DNA from: Brevundimonas sp.
GTDB lineage: Bacteria > Pseudomonadota > Alphaproteobacteria > Caulobacterales > Caulobacteraceae
Reading direction: 5' to 3'
Assembly: GCF_044239655.1 (NCBI RefSeq)
Contig: NZ_JBIIAY010000001.1
Coordinates: 17,794 to 81,793, forward strand
DNA: 64,000 nt
Within the stretch, counting starts at the first letter, position 1. Every line of letters starts with the position of its first letter. This document shows positions 49,368-63,009 of this stretch, piece by piece. Under the pieces are notes generated by a model. The model saw nothing but the letters and a program-made list of their open reading frames with translations, was not told the DNA's origin and did no database searches. Position numbers and translations under genes: made by a program.

Positions 49368-49931
49368 ATGACCCTCGCCCTCGCCGCCGTCGCGGTGCTC
49401 GCCCTCGCCGCGCCCGACCTGTCGCTGGCCCAGACCCCGACAGCGCCTGTCGCCGCCGCCCCCGCTGTGCGTCCGGTCGCCGCAGCACCGGCCCGGATGG
49501 TCCAGGGGGTCGCGCCCGCCGCCGTCATCGCCTGGCTGACCACACAGGGCACCACCCCCGGCCCGGTCCAGACCGACGAGGGCCGCACCTTCGTCCGCGT
49601 CTCGGCCGACGGTCTCAGCTGGCTGCTGTTCTTCCAGTCCTGCGACACGGCCGGCATGTGTTCGGACCTGCAGTTCTCGACCGGCGTTTCCAGCGCCACC
49701 ATCACGCCGGACAAGATCAACGGCTGGAACCGAGACCGCCGCTTCCTGAAGGCCATCTACGAGGCGCCGGAGGGCACCACCCCCGCCTCGGCTGTGGTCC
49801 AGTACGACGTCCTGCTGACCGGCGACGGCCCCGACCAGCTCATCGACCACCTCGCCATCTGGCGCGGCCTGTTGCCCGAGTTCGCCCGGCTGACGGTGGG
49901 CGGGGCGGCGGCGGCTCCTGCGGCACAATAG
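49368..49931 (+). CDS. secreted hypothetical protein (187 aa)
   Basis: Signal peptide ending LSLAQT and an Ala/Pro linker. The globular domain has no motif I can name confidently (possibly YbjN-like). Confidence 0.6.
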   Translation: MTLALAAVAVLALAAPDLSLAQTPTAPVAAAPAVRPVAAAPARMVQGVAPAAVIAWLTTQGTTPGPVQTDEGRTFVRVSADGLSWLLFFQSCDTAGMCSDLQFSTGVSSATITPDKINGWNRDRRFLKAIYEAPEGTTPASAVVQYDVLLTGDGPDQLIDHLAIWRGLLPEFARLTVGGAAAAPAAQ

Positions 49932-49935
49932 AAAA

Positions 49936-49959
49936 GGGCCGCAGTTTGCACCGCGGCCC
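49936..49959 (+). terminator. stem-loop GGGCCGC-N10-GCGGCCC followed by cattctt
   Basis: 7-bp GC stem 5 nt after the stop of the 49368 ORF; weak T-tract. Confidence 0.45.
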
Positions 49960-50023
49960 CCATTCTTGATCGAAAGGCGCTCAAGCAGCGCGCGACCGCG
50001 TCGCGCGCATTAGCGCCCGCTGG

Positions 50024-51070
<1,047 letters not shown>

Positions 51071-51157
51071 CTAGACCCGCGAACCGGGATCGGCAAGCGG
51101 CGGGGTTTACGACCGGCGCGACGCCTGCGAGGCTGGCCTGAAAACGGGAGTGAAACC

Positions 51158-52075
51158 ATGCGTCAAGTCACCGCCGCCCTGATCGCCGGAGTCCTCGCAG
51201 GCCTGGCGGCACCGGCCTTCGCCCAGACCCCGCCGGCCACGATCGGCCAGCAGTATGTCCCTGCGCCGTGGTGGATGCGTGATCCGGTGATCGCCTCGGT
51301 GGGTCAGGTACGGACCGAGATCGCCGCCAACCGCGCCGACTTCACCGCCGGCTTCACGGCCCTGGACCGTTCGGCCGCCGAGGCGTCGCGCAAGGCCGCC
51401 GACCTGGTGCGCGCCCTGTCCCAGCAGCTGGCGACCTATGGCGCCGACAAGGTCCGGGTGGAGACCAGCCTGACCACCCGGCCGATCTATGAGCAGTACC
51501 GCGACGAGGCCGGGGTGATGCGCGACAACGTCCGGGCCGACAAGATCGTCCGCTACCAGACCGAGGCCTCGGTGCGGCTGACCATCCGTGACGTGGCGGT
51601 GCTGGAACGGGCCTATGCGACGGTGGTGGCGACCCAGCCGACGACGCTGAGCCCCGTCTATTTCAGCCTCGAACCCGAAAACGCCTGGAAGACGGCCCTG
51701 GCTGCCGAGGCGATGAAGGATGCCCGTCGCAGGGCGGTGGCGGCGGCCGAGAACGCGGGCGCGACCCTGGGCTCGGTGCGCGTCATCGACCCCACCGGCC
51801 GGGCCTGCGAGACCGACGTCCTGGCCGGCTGGCCGTCCTACAGCGCAGGTGGCGGGCAGATGCAGACCGATGTCGACGAGGTGGTGGTCACGGGCAGCCG
51901 CACCGTTCGGGCCGGGGCCATGATGGCTCCGCCCGCAGCGCCGCCTCCGCCTCCGGCCCCTGTCCGCCCCGGCGAAGCGCCGTCAGAGGCCCAGATCGAG
52001 GCCGCGCGCCTGGCCCTGCAGCCGCCGTTGCAGACGATGACCGATAGCGCCTGCGTCGTTTACGGGCTGAACTAG
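51158..52075 (+). CDS. periplasmic SIMPL/DUF541-like protein
   Basis: Signal peptide AAPAFAQT. General resemblance to the 26-kDa periplasmic immunogenic protein family. The track ORF start (50429) is antisense to mdh. Confidence 0.55.
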   Translation: MRQVTAALIAGVLAGLAAPAFAQTPPATIGQQYVPAPWWMRDPVIASVGQVRTEIAANRADFTAGFTALDRSAAEASRKAADLVRALSQQLATYGADKVRVETSLTTRPIYEQYRDEAGVMRDNVRADKIVRYQTEASVRLTIRDVAVLERAYATVVATQPTTLSPVYFSLEPENAWKTALAAEAMKDARRRAVAAAENAGATLGSVRVIDPTGRACETDVLAGWPSYSAGGGQMQTDVDEVVVTGSRTVRAGAMMAPPAAPPPPPAPVRPGEAPSEAQIEAARLALQPPLQTMTDSACVVYGLN

Positions 52076-52890
52076 AACACAAGTTTCCGCTCATCCCGGC
52101 TTTCCCCGGGATGAGCGGAAGGCTGGGGGACGGGTCGGCTCAGCGGATACGCCAACTGGCCCAGAAACCCGTCCGGCACCGGATCGCTGACCCCGTACCG
52201 CTCCGGATGCCCCGTCTCGGGCAATCGGAAGGTGCCGAAGATCCGGTCCAGGATCGACAGCTGGGCCCCGAAATTCATGTCATAGGCTTCGCGCTGATCG
52301 GCGTGGTGCCAGTGGTGGAAGCGGGGCGAGCCGATGACCTGGGCCAGGGGCCCGAAGTCGAGCCGGACGTTGGCGTGCAGGAGCAGCGCATGCACGTGAT
52401 AGGTCACCCCATAGATCAGCAGCGGCAGGGGCTCGATCCCGAACACGATGGCGGGGGCCAGCGCCACGCCCGAGAACATCAGCTGTTCCACCGGATGCTC
52501 GCGATGCGAACTCATCCAGTCCAGCTCGCGACTGGAATGATGCACCGCATGGAAGCGCCACAGTACCGGCACCGCGTGGGCCATCCGGTGGGTCCAGTAG
52601 ATGCCGAGCTCGGCGGTGATCAGCACCATCAGATACTGCGCCCAGACCGGCTGGGCCCGAACCGCATCAGCGACCGGCCCCGGCACGAGCCGGACGGCGA
52701 GGACGCTCAGCACCACGGCGATGGCGATCATCCCCAGCCGGATCACGGCCCCGCCGACGAAAATATGCAGCACGTCGGTCAACCAGCCGCTTCGCAGCAC
52801 CTTCTGGCCCCGCTTCAGGGCGACGAGCCGCTCCAGCAGGACGAAGCCCACCGCACAGCCGGCCAGCAGAATGAGGTCGATCATCGACAT
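52072..52890 (-). CDS. sterol desaturase / fatty acid hydroxylase family membrane protein
   Basis: Histidine boxes HRMAH, HAVHH and HHWHH. Confidence 0.8.
   Translation of the reverse strand: MSMIDLILLAGCAVGFVLLERLVALKRGQKVLRSGWLTDVLHIFVGGAVIRLGMIAIAVVLSVLAVRLVPGPVADAVRAQPVWAQYLMVLITAELGIYWTHRMAHAVPVLWRFHAVHHSSRELDWMSSHREHPVEQLMFSGVALAPAIVFGIEPLPLLIYGVTYHVHALLLHANVRLDFGPLAQVIGSPRFHHWHHADQREAYDMNFGAQLSILDRIFGTFRLPETGHPERYGVSDPVPDGFLGQLAYPLSRPVPQPSAHPGESRDERKLVF
52087..52118. repeat. 13-bp perfect hairpin CCGCTCATCCCGG-cttTcc-CCGGGATGAGCGG inside the 3' end of the desaturase ORF
   Basis: Inverted repeat 12 nt after the stop of the convergent SIMPL-like gene. It encodes the last roughly 15 codons of the desaturase ORF. 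Confidence 0.6.
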
Positions 52891-52943
52891 GGCCCCAGTC
52901 TAGGGCCTCGTCCTTGCGGGGCCCTTAAGGCTAGGATCGCCGC

Positions 52944-53360
52944 ATGACGTTCGAGATCGATCCCCGCCTGCTGGCAAACTCCGCCGCCCTGCCGCCGCTC
53001 GGCTTGTCGGACCTGCGCCTGATGGACGATGCCCGCTTTCCCTGGCTGGTGCTGATCCCCCGGGTGCCCGGCGCGACCGAGCTCGACGATCTCGACGCGG
53101 GCCAGCGCGCCGTTCTGATCGAGGAGATCGCCGCCGCCGGTGCCATGGTCCGCCGTCTGGGTGAGGCGCTGGGTCGCCCGATCGACAAGCTGAACACCGC
53201 CGCCCTGGGCAATGTCACGCCCCAGCTCCACATCCACATCGTCGGCCGCCGCCGCGACGACCCCCTCTGGCCCGACCCGATCTGGGGCCGAGGGGCACTT
53301 GAGCCCCGCGCGGAGGGTGAAACGTCCCGGTTGGCGGGCATCGCCGCCGGCCTCAGATGA
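52944..53360 (+). CDS. HIT (histidine triad) family protein
   Basis: Histidine triad PQLHIHIVGR. Confidence 0.85.
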   Translation: MTFEIDPRLLANSAALPPLGLSDLRLMDDARFPWLVLIPRVPGATELDDLDAGQRAVLIEEIAAAGAMVRRLGEALGRPIDKLNTAALGNVTPQLHIHIVGRRRDDPLWPDPIWGRGALEPRAEGETSRLAGIAAGLR

Positions 53361-53673
53361 ATTTTGGAACGCGCGTCTTGAGGATCGCGATCAGGGCCGG
53401 GTTCATGAAGGCATAGTCGTCGGGGATGTCGAGACAGACGACTCGGGCGCGACCGAGGTTCTTGCGGAAGCGGCGCTGCAGGATCGCGCGGTGGCGTTTC
53501 TCCATCACGAAGATGATGTCTGCCCACTCCACGAGTTCAGACGTGACTTGCTCGTCTGCATCCAGGGCAAGGCCAGCCGAAGCGGTCTCCACGTCCGGCC
53601 AGCCGGCGAAGACCTGTTCAGCCGTCGGCGAACGGAGCCGGTTACGCGAACAGACGAACAGGACCGTCTTCAG
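53353..53673 (-). CDS. low-molecular-weight protein-tyrosine-phosphatase-like protein (106 aa), apparent CTG start
   Basis: CX5R(S) P-loop LFVCSRNRLRSP six residues after the proposed start. No ATG/GTG/TTG lies between the argJ-overlapping region and the motif. The CTG overlaps the argJ TGA (CTGA). Confidence 0.6.
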   Translation of the reverse strand: MKTVLFVCSRNRLRSPTAEQVFAGWPDVETASAGLALDADEQVTSELVEWADIIFVMEKRHRAILQRRFRKNLGRARVVCLDIPDDYAFMNPALIAILKTRVPKFI

Positions 53674-55055
53674 CTCCGATAGTCCCCGTTGATCTCGATG
53701 TAACCCTTGGTCAGGTCGCAGGTCCAGACGGTGGCCGAGGCCCGGCCGGAGCCGACGTCGACGGTGATGTCGATCTCGGGGTTCTTCATATAGGCCGACA
53801 TCGCGGCCTCGTCGTAGGTCGGCGAAGGGGCACCGTCGATGGCCGCGACATTGGGGCCGAAACGGATGGCCAGGGCGTCGCGGTCGACCGGTTCCTCGGT
53901 CTTGCCAACGGCCATGACGACCCGGCCCCAGTTGGCGTCCTCGCCGGCGATGGCGGTCTTGACCAGGGGGCTGTCGGCGATCGACTTGGCCAGCTTCCTG
54001 GCCGAGGCGGGCGAGGCGGCGCCGTCCACGGTGATCCGCACGAATTTGGTCGCTCCCTCGCCGTCGCGGACCAGCTGGTGGGCCAGATCCAGCATGACCT
54101 TGTCGAGCGCCGCCGAAAACTCCTTGAGCCGACGGTCGCCGACCCGGCCGATGCGCGGGGCGTTGGAGGCGCCGGTCGCGAACATCAGACAGGTGTCGTT
54201 GGTCGAGGTGTCGCCGTCCACGGTCACCGAGTTGAAGGTGGTGCGAACGTGCAGACCCAGCAGGGCGCGCAGCACGCCGGGGTGGATGTCGGCATCGGTG
54301 ACGATGAAGGCCAGCATGGTCGCCATGTCCGGGGCGATCATGCCCGACCCCTTGGCGATCCCGGCGATCCTGACCTTTTCGCCGTCGATCAGGCATTCGG
54401 CATAGGACCCCTTGGGGAAGGTGTCGGTGGTCATGATGCCGCGACCGGCGCGGGCCCAGCCGTCGGCGTCGAGGCCCGCCTCGATGTCGGGCATCCGGGC
54501 GGCGATCTTCCGGTCGTCCAGCACCACGCCGATGACCCCGGTGGAGGCCAGCATGACGTCCCGCTGGCGACAGCCGAACCGTTTGGCGACCTCGGACGCG
54601 GTGCGGCGGGCGGCGTCGGCCCCGGCCTTGCCGGTGAAAGCGTTGGCGCAGCCCGCATTGACCACCAGGGCCCGCACATCCTTGCCGCCCTCGGCCGCGT
54701 CGAGATGGCGCTTGCACCAGTCCACCGGGGCAGAGCCGATCTTGTGGCGCGTGAAGACGCCGGCACAGGTCGTGCCCTTGGCGAAGGAGAAGACCACCAG
54801 ATCGTCACGCTCGTGCTTGTAGAAGCCCGCGCGCGCCGTCGCGATCTCGACCCCACCGATGGGCGGGATGGTCGGGAAGGGCACGGCCAGTGGCGAGACG
54901 GCCAGGCCGGGCTTGCCCGGGGCTGGGGTAGCGGCAGGCGTGGGTGCCGTGGCCCGCTTCAGCGCCGAGGCGAGCGGGTCCAGCGCCTTGCCGACCGCCG
55001 CCTCGAATTTCTGACCGGCCGAGGGCTTGCCGGGCGGCGGTGGCGTCCGGCTCAT
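53670..55055 (-). CDS. argJ: bifunctional glutamate N-acetyltransferase / amino-acid acetyltransferase ArgJ
   Basis: Autoprocessing-site region ATMLAFIVTDA and full-length similarity. Confidence 0.93.
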   Translation of the reverse strand: MSRTPPPPGKPSAGQKFEAAVGKALDPLASALKRATAPTPAATPAPGKPGLAVSPLAVPFPTIPPIGGVEIATARAGFYKHERDDLVVFSFAKGTTCAGVFTRHKIGSAPVDWCKRHLDAAEGGKDVRALVVNAGCANAFTGKAGADAARRTASEVAKRFGCRQRDVMLASTGVIGVVLDDRKIAARMPDIEAGLDADGWARAGRGIMTTDTFPKGSYAECLIDGEKVRIAGIAKGSGMIAPDMATMLAFIVTDADIHPGVLRALLGLHVRTTFNSVTVDGDTSTNDTCLMFATGASNAPRIGRVGDRRLKEFSAALDKVMLDLAHQLVRDGEGATKFVRITVDGAASPASARKLAKSIADSPLVKTAIAGEDANWGRVVMAVGKTEEPVDRDALAIRFGPNVAAIDGAPSPTYDEAAMSAYMKNPEIDITVDVGSGRASATVWTCDLTKGYIEINGDYRS

Positions 55056-56050
55056 TTCGGGGCTCCGGCGGTGGCGGGTTGGGCGGCAGGGGGTGTCGCT
55101 GCGGCCGGTGCGGGCGCAGGCGCAGAGGCAGGCTCCTGCGGTTCGGGTCCGGTCGTGGTCTCGCCGGCCAGCAAAACCTCGACCTTCGCTCGACCTCGAA
55201 GCTGTTCCAGCAACTGGCGCACCCCCTCATAGGTCAGATAGCGCACGATCTGGGGCCGCGCCTGTTCCAGGGTCGGAGGGCTTTCCTTCCTCCGGTCCTC
55301 GACGCGCAGCACGGCCCAGCCGCCGTCGGTCTGGAACGGGCCGACCGTCGACCCGGCCGGTGCATCACGCAAGGCATTGGCATAGGCCTGGGGCATGACG
55401 TCGATGGTCGAATAGCCGAGGTCGCCGCCCGAGAACCGCGTGGCTTCATCCACCGACCGCTCCTGCGCCACCGCCCCGAACTGGGCCCCCTGGGCCAGGA
55501 TGCCGAGCACCGCGTCGGCCTCGGGTTTGGTGCGCGACAGGATCAGGCGGATGCGGATCTCCTCCGACGTCCGGGCCAGGCGAAGCTGCTCCTGATACAG
55601 GGTCTGGACCGCCTGGTCGTTGATGCGGCCATTGACTTCGTTCTCGACCAGCATGTCGCCCAGAATCCGCTCCTGCGTCGCCTTCAGACGGCGCTGGGCC
55701 AGGGCCGAGTTGTCGAGGCCCCGCCGCTCGGCCTCGGCGGCCAGCAGCTTCTGGTCGATGACCTCGTCCAGCACCCGGCGGAACAGGTCACTGGTCACGT
55801 CCAGAGGCTCGCCCTCGCCGACCAGCCCTTGCGCCACCGCCTCGCGCTTGACGTCCGACGCCCACAGGGTCTCGCCCTGAACCTTGGCGACGGCCCGGTC
55901 GCCGGGTTCCGGCGGCGCATCGTCACCACTGCCGCGACCGCAGGCTGCGACGGCCAGAACGGCGACGAAAGCGACCAGGATCAGGGGGTTGCGCGAATGA
56001 CGCCCGGTGGAAAAAAGGGACAAGGGGAGGCTCTCCGTCCCGGACCGCAA
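55052..56050 (-). CDS. parvulin-type peptidylprolyl isomerase (SurA/PpiC-like), lipoprotein or secreted
   Basis: VAVLAVAACG lipobox-like N-terminus. PpiC domain GGDLGY...GPFQTDGGWAVLRVEDRR. The stop overlaps the argJ start (ATGA). Confidence 0.8.
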   Translation of the reverse strand: MRSGTESLPLSLFSTGRHSRNPLILVAFVAVLAVAACGRGSGDDAPPEPGDRAVAKVQGETLWASDVKREAVAQGLVGEGEPLDVTSDLFRRVLDEVIDQKLLAAEAERRGLDNSALAQRRLKATQERILGDMLVENEVNGRINDQAVQTLYQEQLRLARTSEEIRIRLILSRTKPEADAVLGILAQGAQFGAVAQERSVDEATRFSGGDLGYSTIDVMPQAYANALRDAPAGSTVGPFQTDGGWAVLRVEDRRKESPPTLEQARPQIVRYLTYEGVRQLLEQLRGRAKVEVLLAGETTTGPEPQEPASAPAPAPAAATPPAAQPATAGAPK

Positions 56051-56264
56051 AGGCCCTCGCGTTGACAGGGGTATGGCCGGTGCTTAAGTCCCGCCTGCGC
56101 CCAAGTCGAGGGGTTTTCGATCGTTCGCGCGGCCCCGCGCAGCGCCCTGTTTCAGGCGCGCCGGGTCGTCGATGACCGGGCCCTGGACTGAAGACGCTGA
56201 CGGCCTTCGTCGGCCAGACCCTGTCTCTTGAGCCTTCAGACGCTCGACCGCCCTCGGATACTCC

Positions 56265-59120
<2,856 letters not shown>

Positions 59121-59172
59121 GGGCGACGGCTCACGGCTTGAGCCCAGTCGGCTTTGGGGCGAGAGAAGGGGG

Positions 59173-60336
59173 ATGTCCCACAAACCCCTCTTCTCCCGCG
59201 CCCTCGCCCTCGATCCCGAGCGGCTGCATTTCGCGGCGCACAGCCATCACCTGTGGCCTGACGCCTCGTACGACGGGCAGGTGCGGGCCTGGGACGAGGC
59301 GAACCGGTTCGCGGACCGGAAATGGGACCTGGTCTTCGGTGAGGTGGTGCCGGAGGCGCAGAGGCATATCGCGTCCGAGCTCGGCCTGCCGGATCCCGAG
59401 ACGGTGGTCTTCGCACCCAACACCCACGACTTCCTGATCCGCATCTTCTCGGGCCTGTCGAACAAGCCCGTTCGCATCCTGACCACGGACGGGGAGTTCC
59501 ACGCCTTTCGCCGTCAGGCCGAACGCTGGGAGGAGGCGGGCGAGGCGGTGGTGACGCGGGTGCCGCTGGAGCCGTTCGCGACTTTCGCCGAGCGGTTCGT
59601 CGCCGAGGCCGAACGGGGGGCCTGCGACCTGATCGTGGTCAGCCAGGTCTTTTTCAAGACCGGTCAGGCCTTCGACCGGATCGCCGATCTGGCGGCCCTG
59701 GCGCGGCCTGAAGGGCCGTGGGTGGTCGTCGACGGCTATCACGGCTTCATGGCCACCCCGACGGACCTGTCGGGCGTCGCGGACCGGGTCTTCTACGTTT
59801 CGGGCGGCTACAAATACGCCATGACCGGCGAGGGTGCCGGCTTCCTGCACGCGCCGGACGGCTTCTGTCCCCGGCCGGTGGTGACGGGCTGGTTCGCCGA
59901 GTTCGGCAATCTGATGGGACCGCCGGGCGGGGTCCAGTACCGCGAGGACGCAGGCCGGTTCTGGGGCGCGACCTTCGATTCCACGCCGCTGTATCGGTTC
60001 AACGGGGTGCGGCGGATGCTGGACGAAGCCGGGCTGACCACGGCCGACGTCTCGGCTCATGCGCTGGGGCTGCAAATTAGGTACTCGCAGGCGCTGGCGG
60101 CGGGGGAGTGCGGCAGCCTGGATCAGGGCACGGTGCTCAATCCGGTCGAGGGCGACGGCCCGCGCGCACGGTTCATCGCCCTCCGGCACCCGGACGCTCA
60201 GTCCTGGCGGGCTGCGCTGCTGGCCGCCAATGTCGTGACCGACGTGCGCGACGACACCATCCGCTTCGGCTTCGGCCTGTATCAGGACGCCGAGGACGTC
60301 GAGCGCCTGATCGCCGTCTGCCGACGCCTGTTCTGA
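59173..60336 (+). CDS. aminotransferase class V-fold PLP-dependent enzyme
   Basis: Fold-type I pattern with candidate PLP lysine in SGGYKY. GAAGGGGG RBS before the ATG at 59173. Confidence 0.6.
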   Translation: MSHKPLFSRALALDPERLHFAAHSHHLWPDASYDGQVRAWDEANRFADRKWDLVFGEVVPEAQRHIASELGLPDPETVVFAPNTHDFLIRIFSGLSNKPVRILTTDGEFHAFRRQAERWEEAGEAVVTRVPLEPFATFAERFVAEAERGACDLIVVSQVFFKTGQAFDRIADLAALARPEGPWVVVDGYHGFMATPTDLSGVADRVFYVSGGYKYAMTGEGAGFLHAPDGFCPRPVVTGWFAEFGNLMGPPGGVQYREDAGRFWGATFDSTPLYRFNGVRRMLDEAGLTTADVSAHALGLQIRYSQALAAGECGSLDQGTVLNPVEGDGPRARFIALRHPDAQSWRAALLAANVVTDVRDDTIRFGFGLYQDAEDVERLIAVCRRLF

Positions 60337-60340
60337 CGCC

Positions 60341-61270
60341 TCAGTAGAACTGGGTGTCTTCGGGCTCGGGCGGCGGTGGGGTTGTCGGCCGGGTCTGGGC
60401 GCGCGGCGGCCGCGGACGGTTCGTCTCCAGCCGCGAGGTCGGACGCTGAGCAGAAGAGCCTGACGCCTGGCCCGTCGGGGCCGGAGCCGCCTGGCTCGGC
60501 TGGGGGGCGGTCGGCGTCGTCGCCGGGGGTGTCGCTGGCAGGTCGGGATAGGGCAGGCCCTGGGTCTCGGGCACAGGCGTCACCGGTGCGGTGGGCCCGA
60601 CCGGAGCGGCCTCGACGGCGATGGTGTCCGGCGCGTCCAGGTCGTCGCGGATGAAGGCCCAGGACCGCCGGTCGGCACAGGCGCAGGCCTTCAGGAACCC
60701 CTCGCGGTCGCGCCAGATGACCAGGGGCCAGGTCGGCTTGACCCCGGCGTCCCGCATCAGGGTGTCCAGCCGCGCGACGAACTGGCGGCTGGCATCGACC
60801 ACGGCGGTGCGGGCCAGGTTGCCGTCGGCGGGTGCGATGCCCTCGGCCTTCCAGCCGGCGCCCGGCGTATCCGTCCAGCGGCGGTACAGGTTCCAGTCCC
60901 GGTTCAGCCACAGCTCGGCGATCGTGGCCCGTTCGGCCGGCGTCGACTGGGTCGCCCCTTCGCGGTCGGACCGGGCGAACATCAGCACACGCACATCGGC
61001 CCCACCGGCACGCAGTTTCTCGGCCTCTTCGGCCTCATAGGCATGGGTCGAGGCACTGCCGCGATAGCCGATGATATAGAGGGGCTGGTCGCCGCCGCCC
61101 GGCGACACCCAGGACGCCTCGTCCAGCAGCCGCTGGATCTCGCCCTGGTTCCGCGCGATCGTAACCGGCTGGAAACGCGCATAAAAATGATCGTAGGCCA
61201 GGTATCCGCTCACGGCCAGGACAAGGCCGATTACGACCGCCAGGCCAGACCAGATCAGGAAACGACGCAT
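60341..61270 (-). CDS. membrane-anchored hypothetical protein with Pro/Thr-rich C-terminal tail
   Basis: N-terminal TM FLIWSGLAVVIGLVLAVSGYL and about 90 C-terminal residues rich in P/T/A/Q. No catalytic motif recognised. Confidence 0.58.
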   Translation of the reverse strand: MRRFLIWSGLAVVIGLVLAVSGYLAYDHFYARFQPVTIARNQGEIQRLLDEASWVSPGGGDQPLYIIGYRGSASTHAYEAEEAEKLRAGGADVRVLMFARSDREGATQSTPAERATIAELWLNRDWNLYRRWTDTPGAGWKAEGIAPADGNLARTAVVDASRQFVARLDTLMRDAGVKPTWPLVIWRDREGFLKACACADRRSWAFIRDDLDAPDTIAVEAAPVGPTAPVTPVPETQGLPYPDLPATPPATTPTAPQPSQAAPAPTGQASGSSAQRPTSRLETNRPRPPRAQTRPTTPPPPEPEDTQFY

Positions 61271-61412
61271 GCGACAGGCGGCTCCAGCTTGAGCATTCAG
61301 CCCAACCTAACGCTCCGTAGCGAAATCAGTCGCGCAAGAACACCGCAGGCGCGAATGCAACTGTGACTGTGGCGGGGGTTCCGATCCCCGGTGGCTTCCC
61401 CATATCGGGCTC

Positions 61413-62414
61413 ATGACCACGCTTTCCATTCTCGATCTCGCCCCCGTGCCGCAAGGCTCGGACGTGTCGCAGGCCCTCGCCAACACCATCGATCTGGCGC
61501 GCCACGCCGAGCGGCTGGGCTTCAACCGCTACTGGCTGGCCGAGCACCACAACATGGCCGGGATCGCCTCGGCGGCGACCTCGGTGGTGATCGGGGCAGT
61601 GGCGGCGGCGACGAAGACGATCCGCGTCGGAGCGGGTGGGGTCATGCTGCCCAACCACGCGCCCCTGGTCATCGCCGAACAGTTCGGCACCCTGGCGGCC
61701 CTGCATCCCGGCCGCATCGATCTGGGCCTGGGCCGGGCACCGGGGTCGGACATGGCCACGGCGCGGGCCCTGAGACGCACGCTCCAGGGCGACGTCGACA
61801 ACTTTCCGCAGGATGTGATGGAGCTGATGCACTGGTTCGCCCCGGCGACCGAGGACCAGCGTATCCGCGCCAATCCCGGCGAGGGTCAGGATATCCCGGT
61901 CTGGATCCTGGGCTCATCCACCTATGGGGCCCAGCTGGCGGCCCATCTGGGCCTGCCCTATGCCTTTGCCAGCCATTTCGCCCCGTCCGAGATGATGGCG
62001 GCGATCCAGACCTATCGCCAGACCTTCCGCCCCTCGGAGCGGCTGGCCGAGCCCTATGTGATGCTGGGCTTCAACGTCTTCGCGGCCGAGACCGATGATC
62101 AGGCGCGGCTGTTGTTCAGCTCGGTCCAGCAGGCCTTCGTCAACCTGCGCGCGGGCCGCCCGGGCAAACTGCCGCCGCCGGTCGAGGGCTATGAGCAGGG
62201 GCTGGGCGAGGCCGAACGCGGCATGATCGCCCAGGCCCTGGCCTGTTCGGCGGTCGGGTCGCCGGCCACCGTCCGTCGCGAGATCGACGCCTTCGTCGCC
62301 CGCACCGGCGCCGACGAGCTGATGATCACCAGCCAGATCTGGTCCCACGCCGACCGGGTCCGCTCGCTGGAACTGCTGGCCGATGCGATGGGTGGACGGG
62401 CGATCGCCGCTTAA
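61413..62414 (+). CDS. LLM-class (luciferase-like) flavin-dependent oxidoreductase
   Basis: N-terminus [11 protein letters not shown]...[13 protein letters not shown], typical of the YhbW/LLM family. Confidence 0.85.
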   Translation: MTTLSILDLAPVPQGSDVSQALANTIDLARHAERLGFNRYWLAEHHNMAGIASAATSVVIGAVAAATKTIRVGAGGVMLPNHAPLVIAEQFGTLAALHPGRIDLGLGRAPGSDMATARALRRTLQGDVDNFPQDVMELMHWFAPATEDQRIRANPGEGQDIPVWILGSSTYGAQLAAHLGLPYAFASHFAPSEMMAAIQTYRQTFRPSERLAEPYVMLGFNVFAAETDDQARLLFSSVQQAFVNLRAGRPGKLPPPVEGYEQGLGEAERGMIAQALACSAVGSPATVRREIDAFVARTGADELMITSQIWSHADRVRSLELLADAMGGRAIAA

Positions 62415-63007
62415 TCCGCTTTCGGCGGCTTGGGCTTGGCGCGGGACTTCCGAGGCTTCTTCGGCCTGGCCGAGGCGGCGATACGCTTCTGGACGGGCCG
62501 GGGCGGTGAAAGCTGGAGCTGTCGCCAGGCCATGCCCAGGTCGATGGCCGTCTCGATATCCTCGGCGAAATCGGGACCGCTGCGCTCCGCCAGACGGGTG
62601 CGCAGCGTGTGGCAGTCTCGCAGCATGACCGAAGCTTCCTTCAGGTCGGGCGGGCTGTCCGGCTGATCGCCGATGTCCTCCAGCGAGCCGAACCGCCATC
62701 CTGACCCGTCCTTCTGGGCCAGGACCAGGGCCCAGCGTTCCTCGGCGGTCAGGTCGTCGGCCAGATAGCGCCAGCCGGCCGCGCGCAGTGACCGGGCATA
62801 CTGTCCCGGTCGTGTCGGCAGGTCGTGGGCCTCATAGACGGCCAGGGCCGCCGCCTCGATCTCGGACAGCAGGCGCGCGGCCGGGGTGTCGTCCGGGGTC
62901 CGCTCACGGCGCGGTGCCCCCTGCCACGGATCGCTGATGATGGCTTCGACCCGACGCCGTCGCGACCCCGGCCAGGCCCATGGAATGCGCGGCGGCCGCC
63001 AACCCAT
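62411..63007 (-). CDS. hypothetical protein with Lys/Pro-rich basic C-terminal tail
   Basis: High GC3. The ATG lies 2 nt after the stop of the upstream polysaccharide export gene. No recognisable motif. Confidence 0.55.
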   Translation of the reverse strand: MGWRPPRIPWAWPGSRRRRVEAIISDPWQGAPRRERTPDDTPAARLLSEIEAAALAVYEAHDLPTRPGQYARSLRAAGWRYLADDLTAEERWALVLAQKDGSGWRFGSLEDIGDQPDSPPDLKEASVMLRDCHTLRTRLAERSGPDFAEDIETAIDLGMAWRQLQLSPPRPVQKRIAASARPKKPRKSRAKPKPPKAD

Positions 63008-63009
63008 GG

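Noticed and set aside
49988-50008. GCGCGCGAC-cgc-GTCGCGCGC hairpin as the mdh terminator
   Set aside because: The stem is perfect but there is no U-tract on the mdh (minus) strand. It is plausible but not well enough supported to list as a feature.
53674-54717. Upstream 348 codons of the 454-aa minus-strand ORF (53353-54717)
   Set aside because: Out of frame within argJ and Arg/Gly/Pro-rich. Only the last 106 codons, downstream of the argJ stop, have a real protein signature (LMW-PTP-like).
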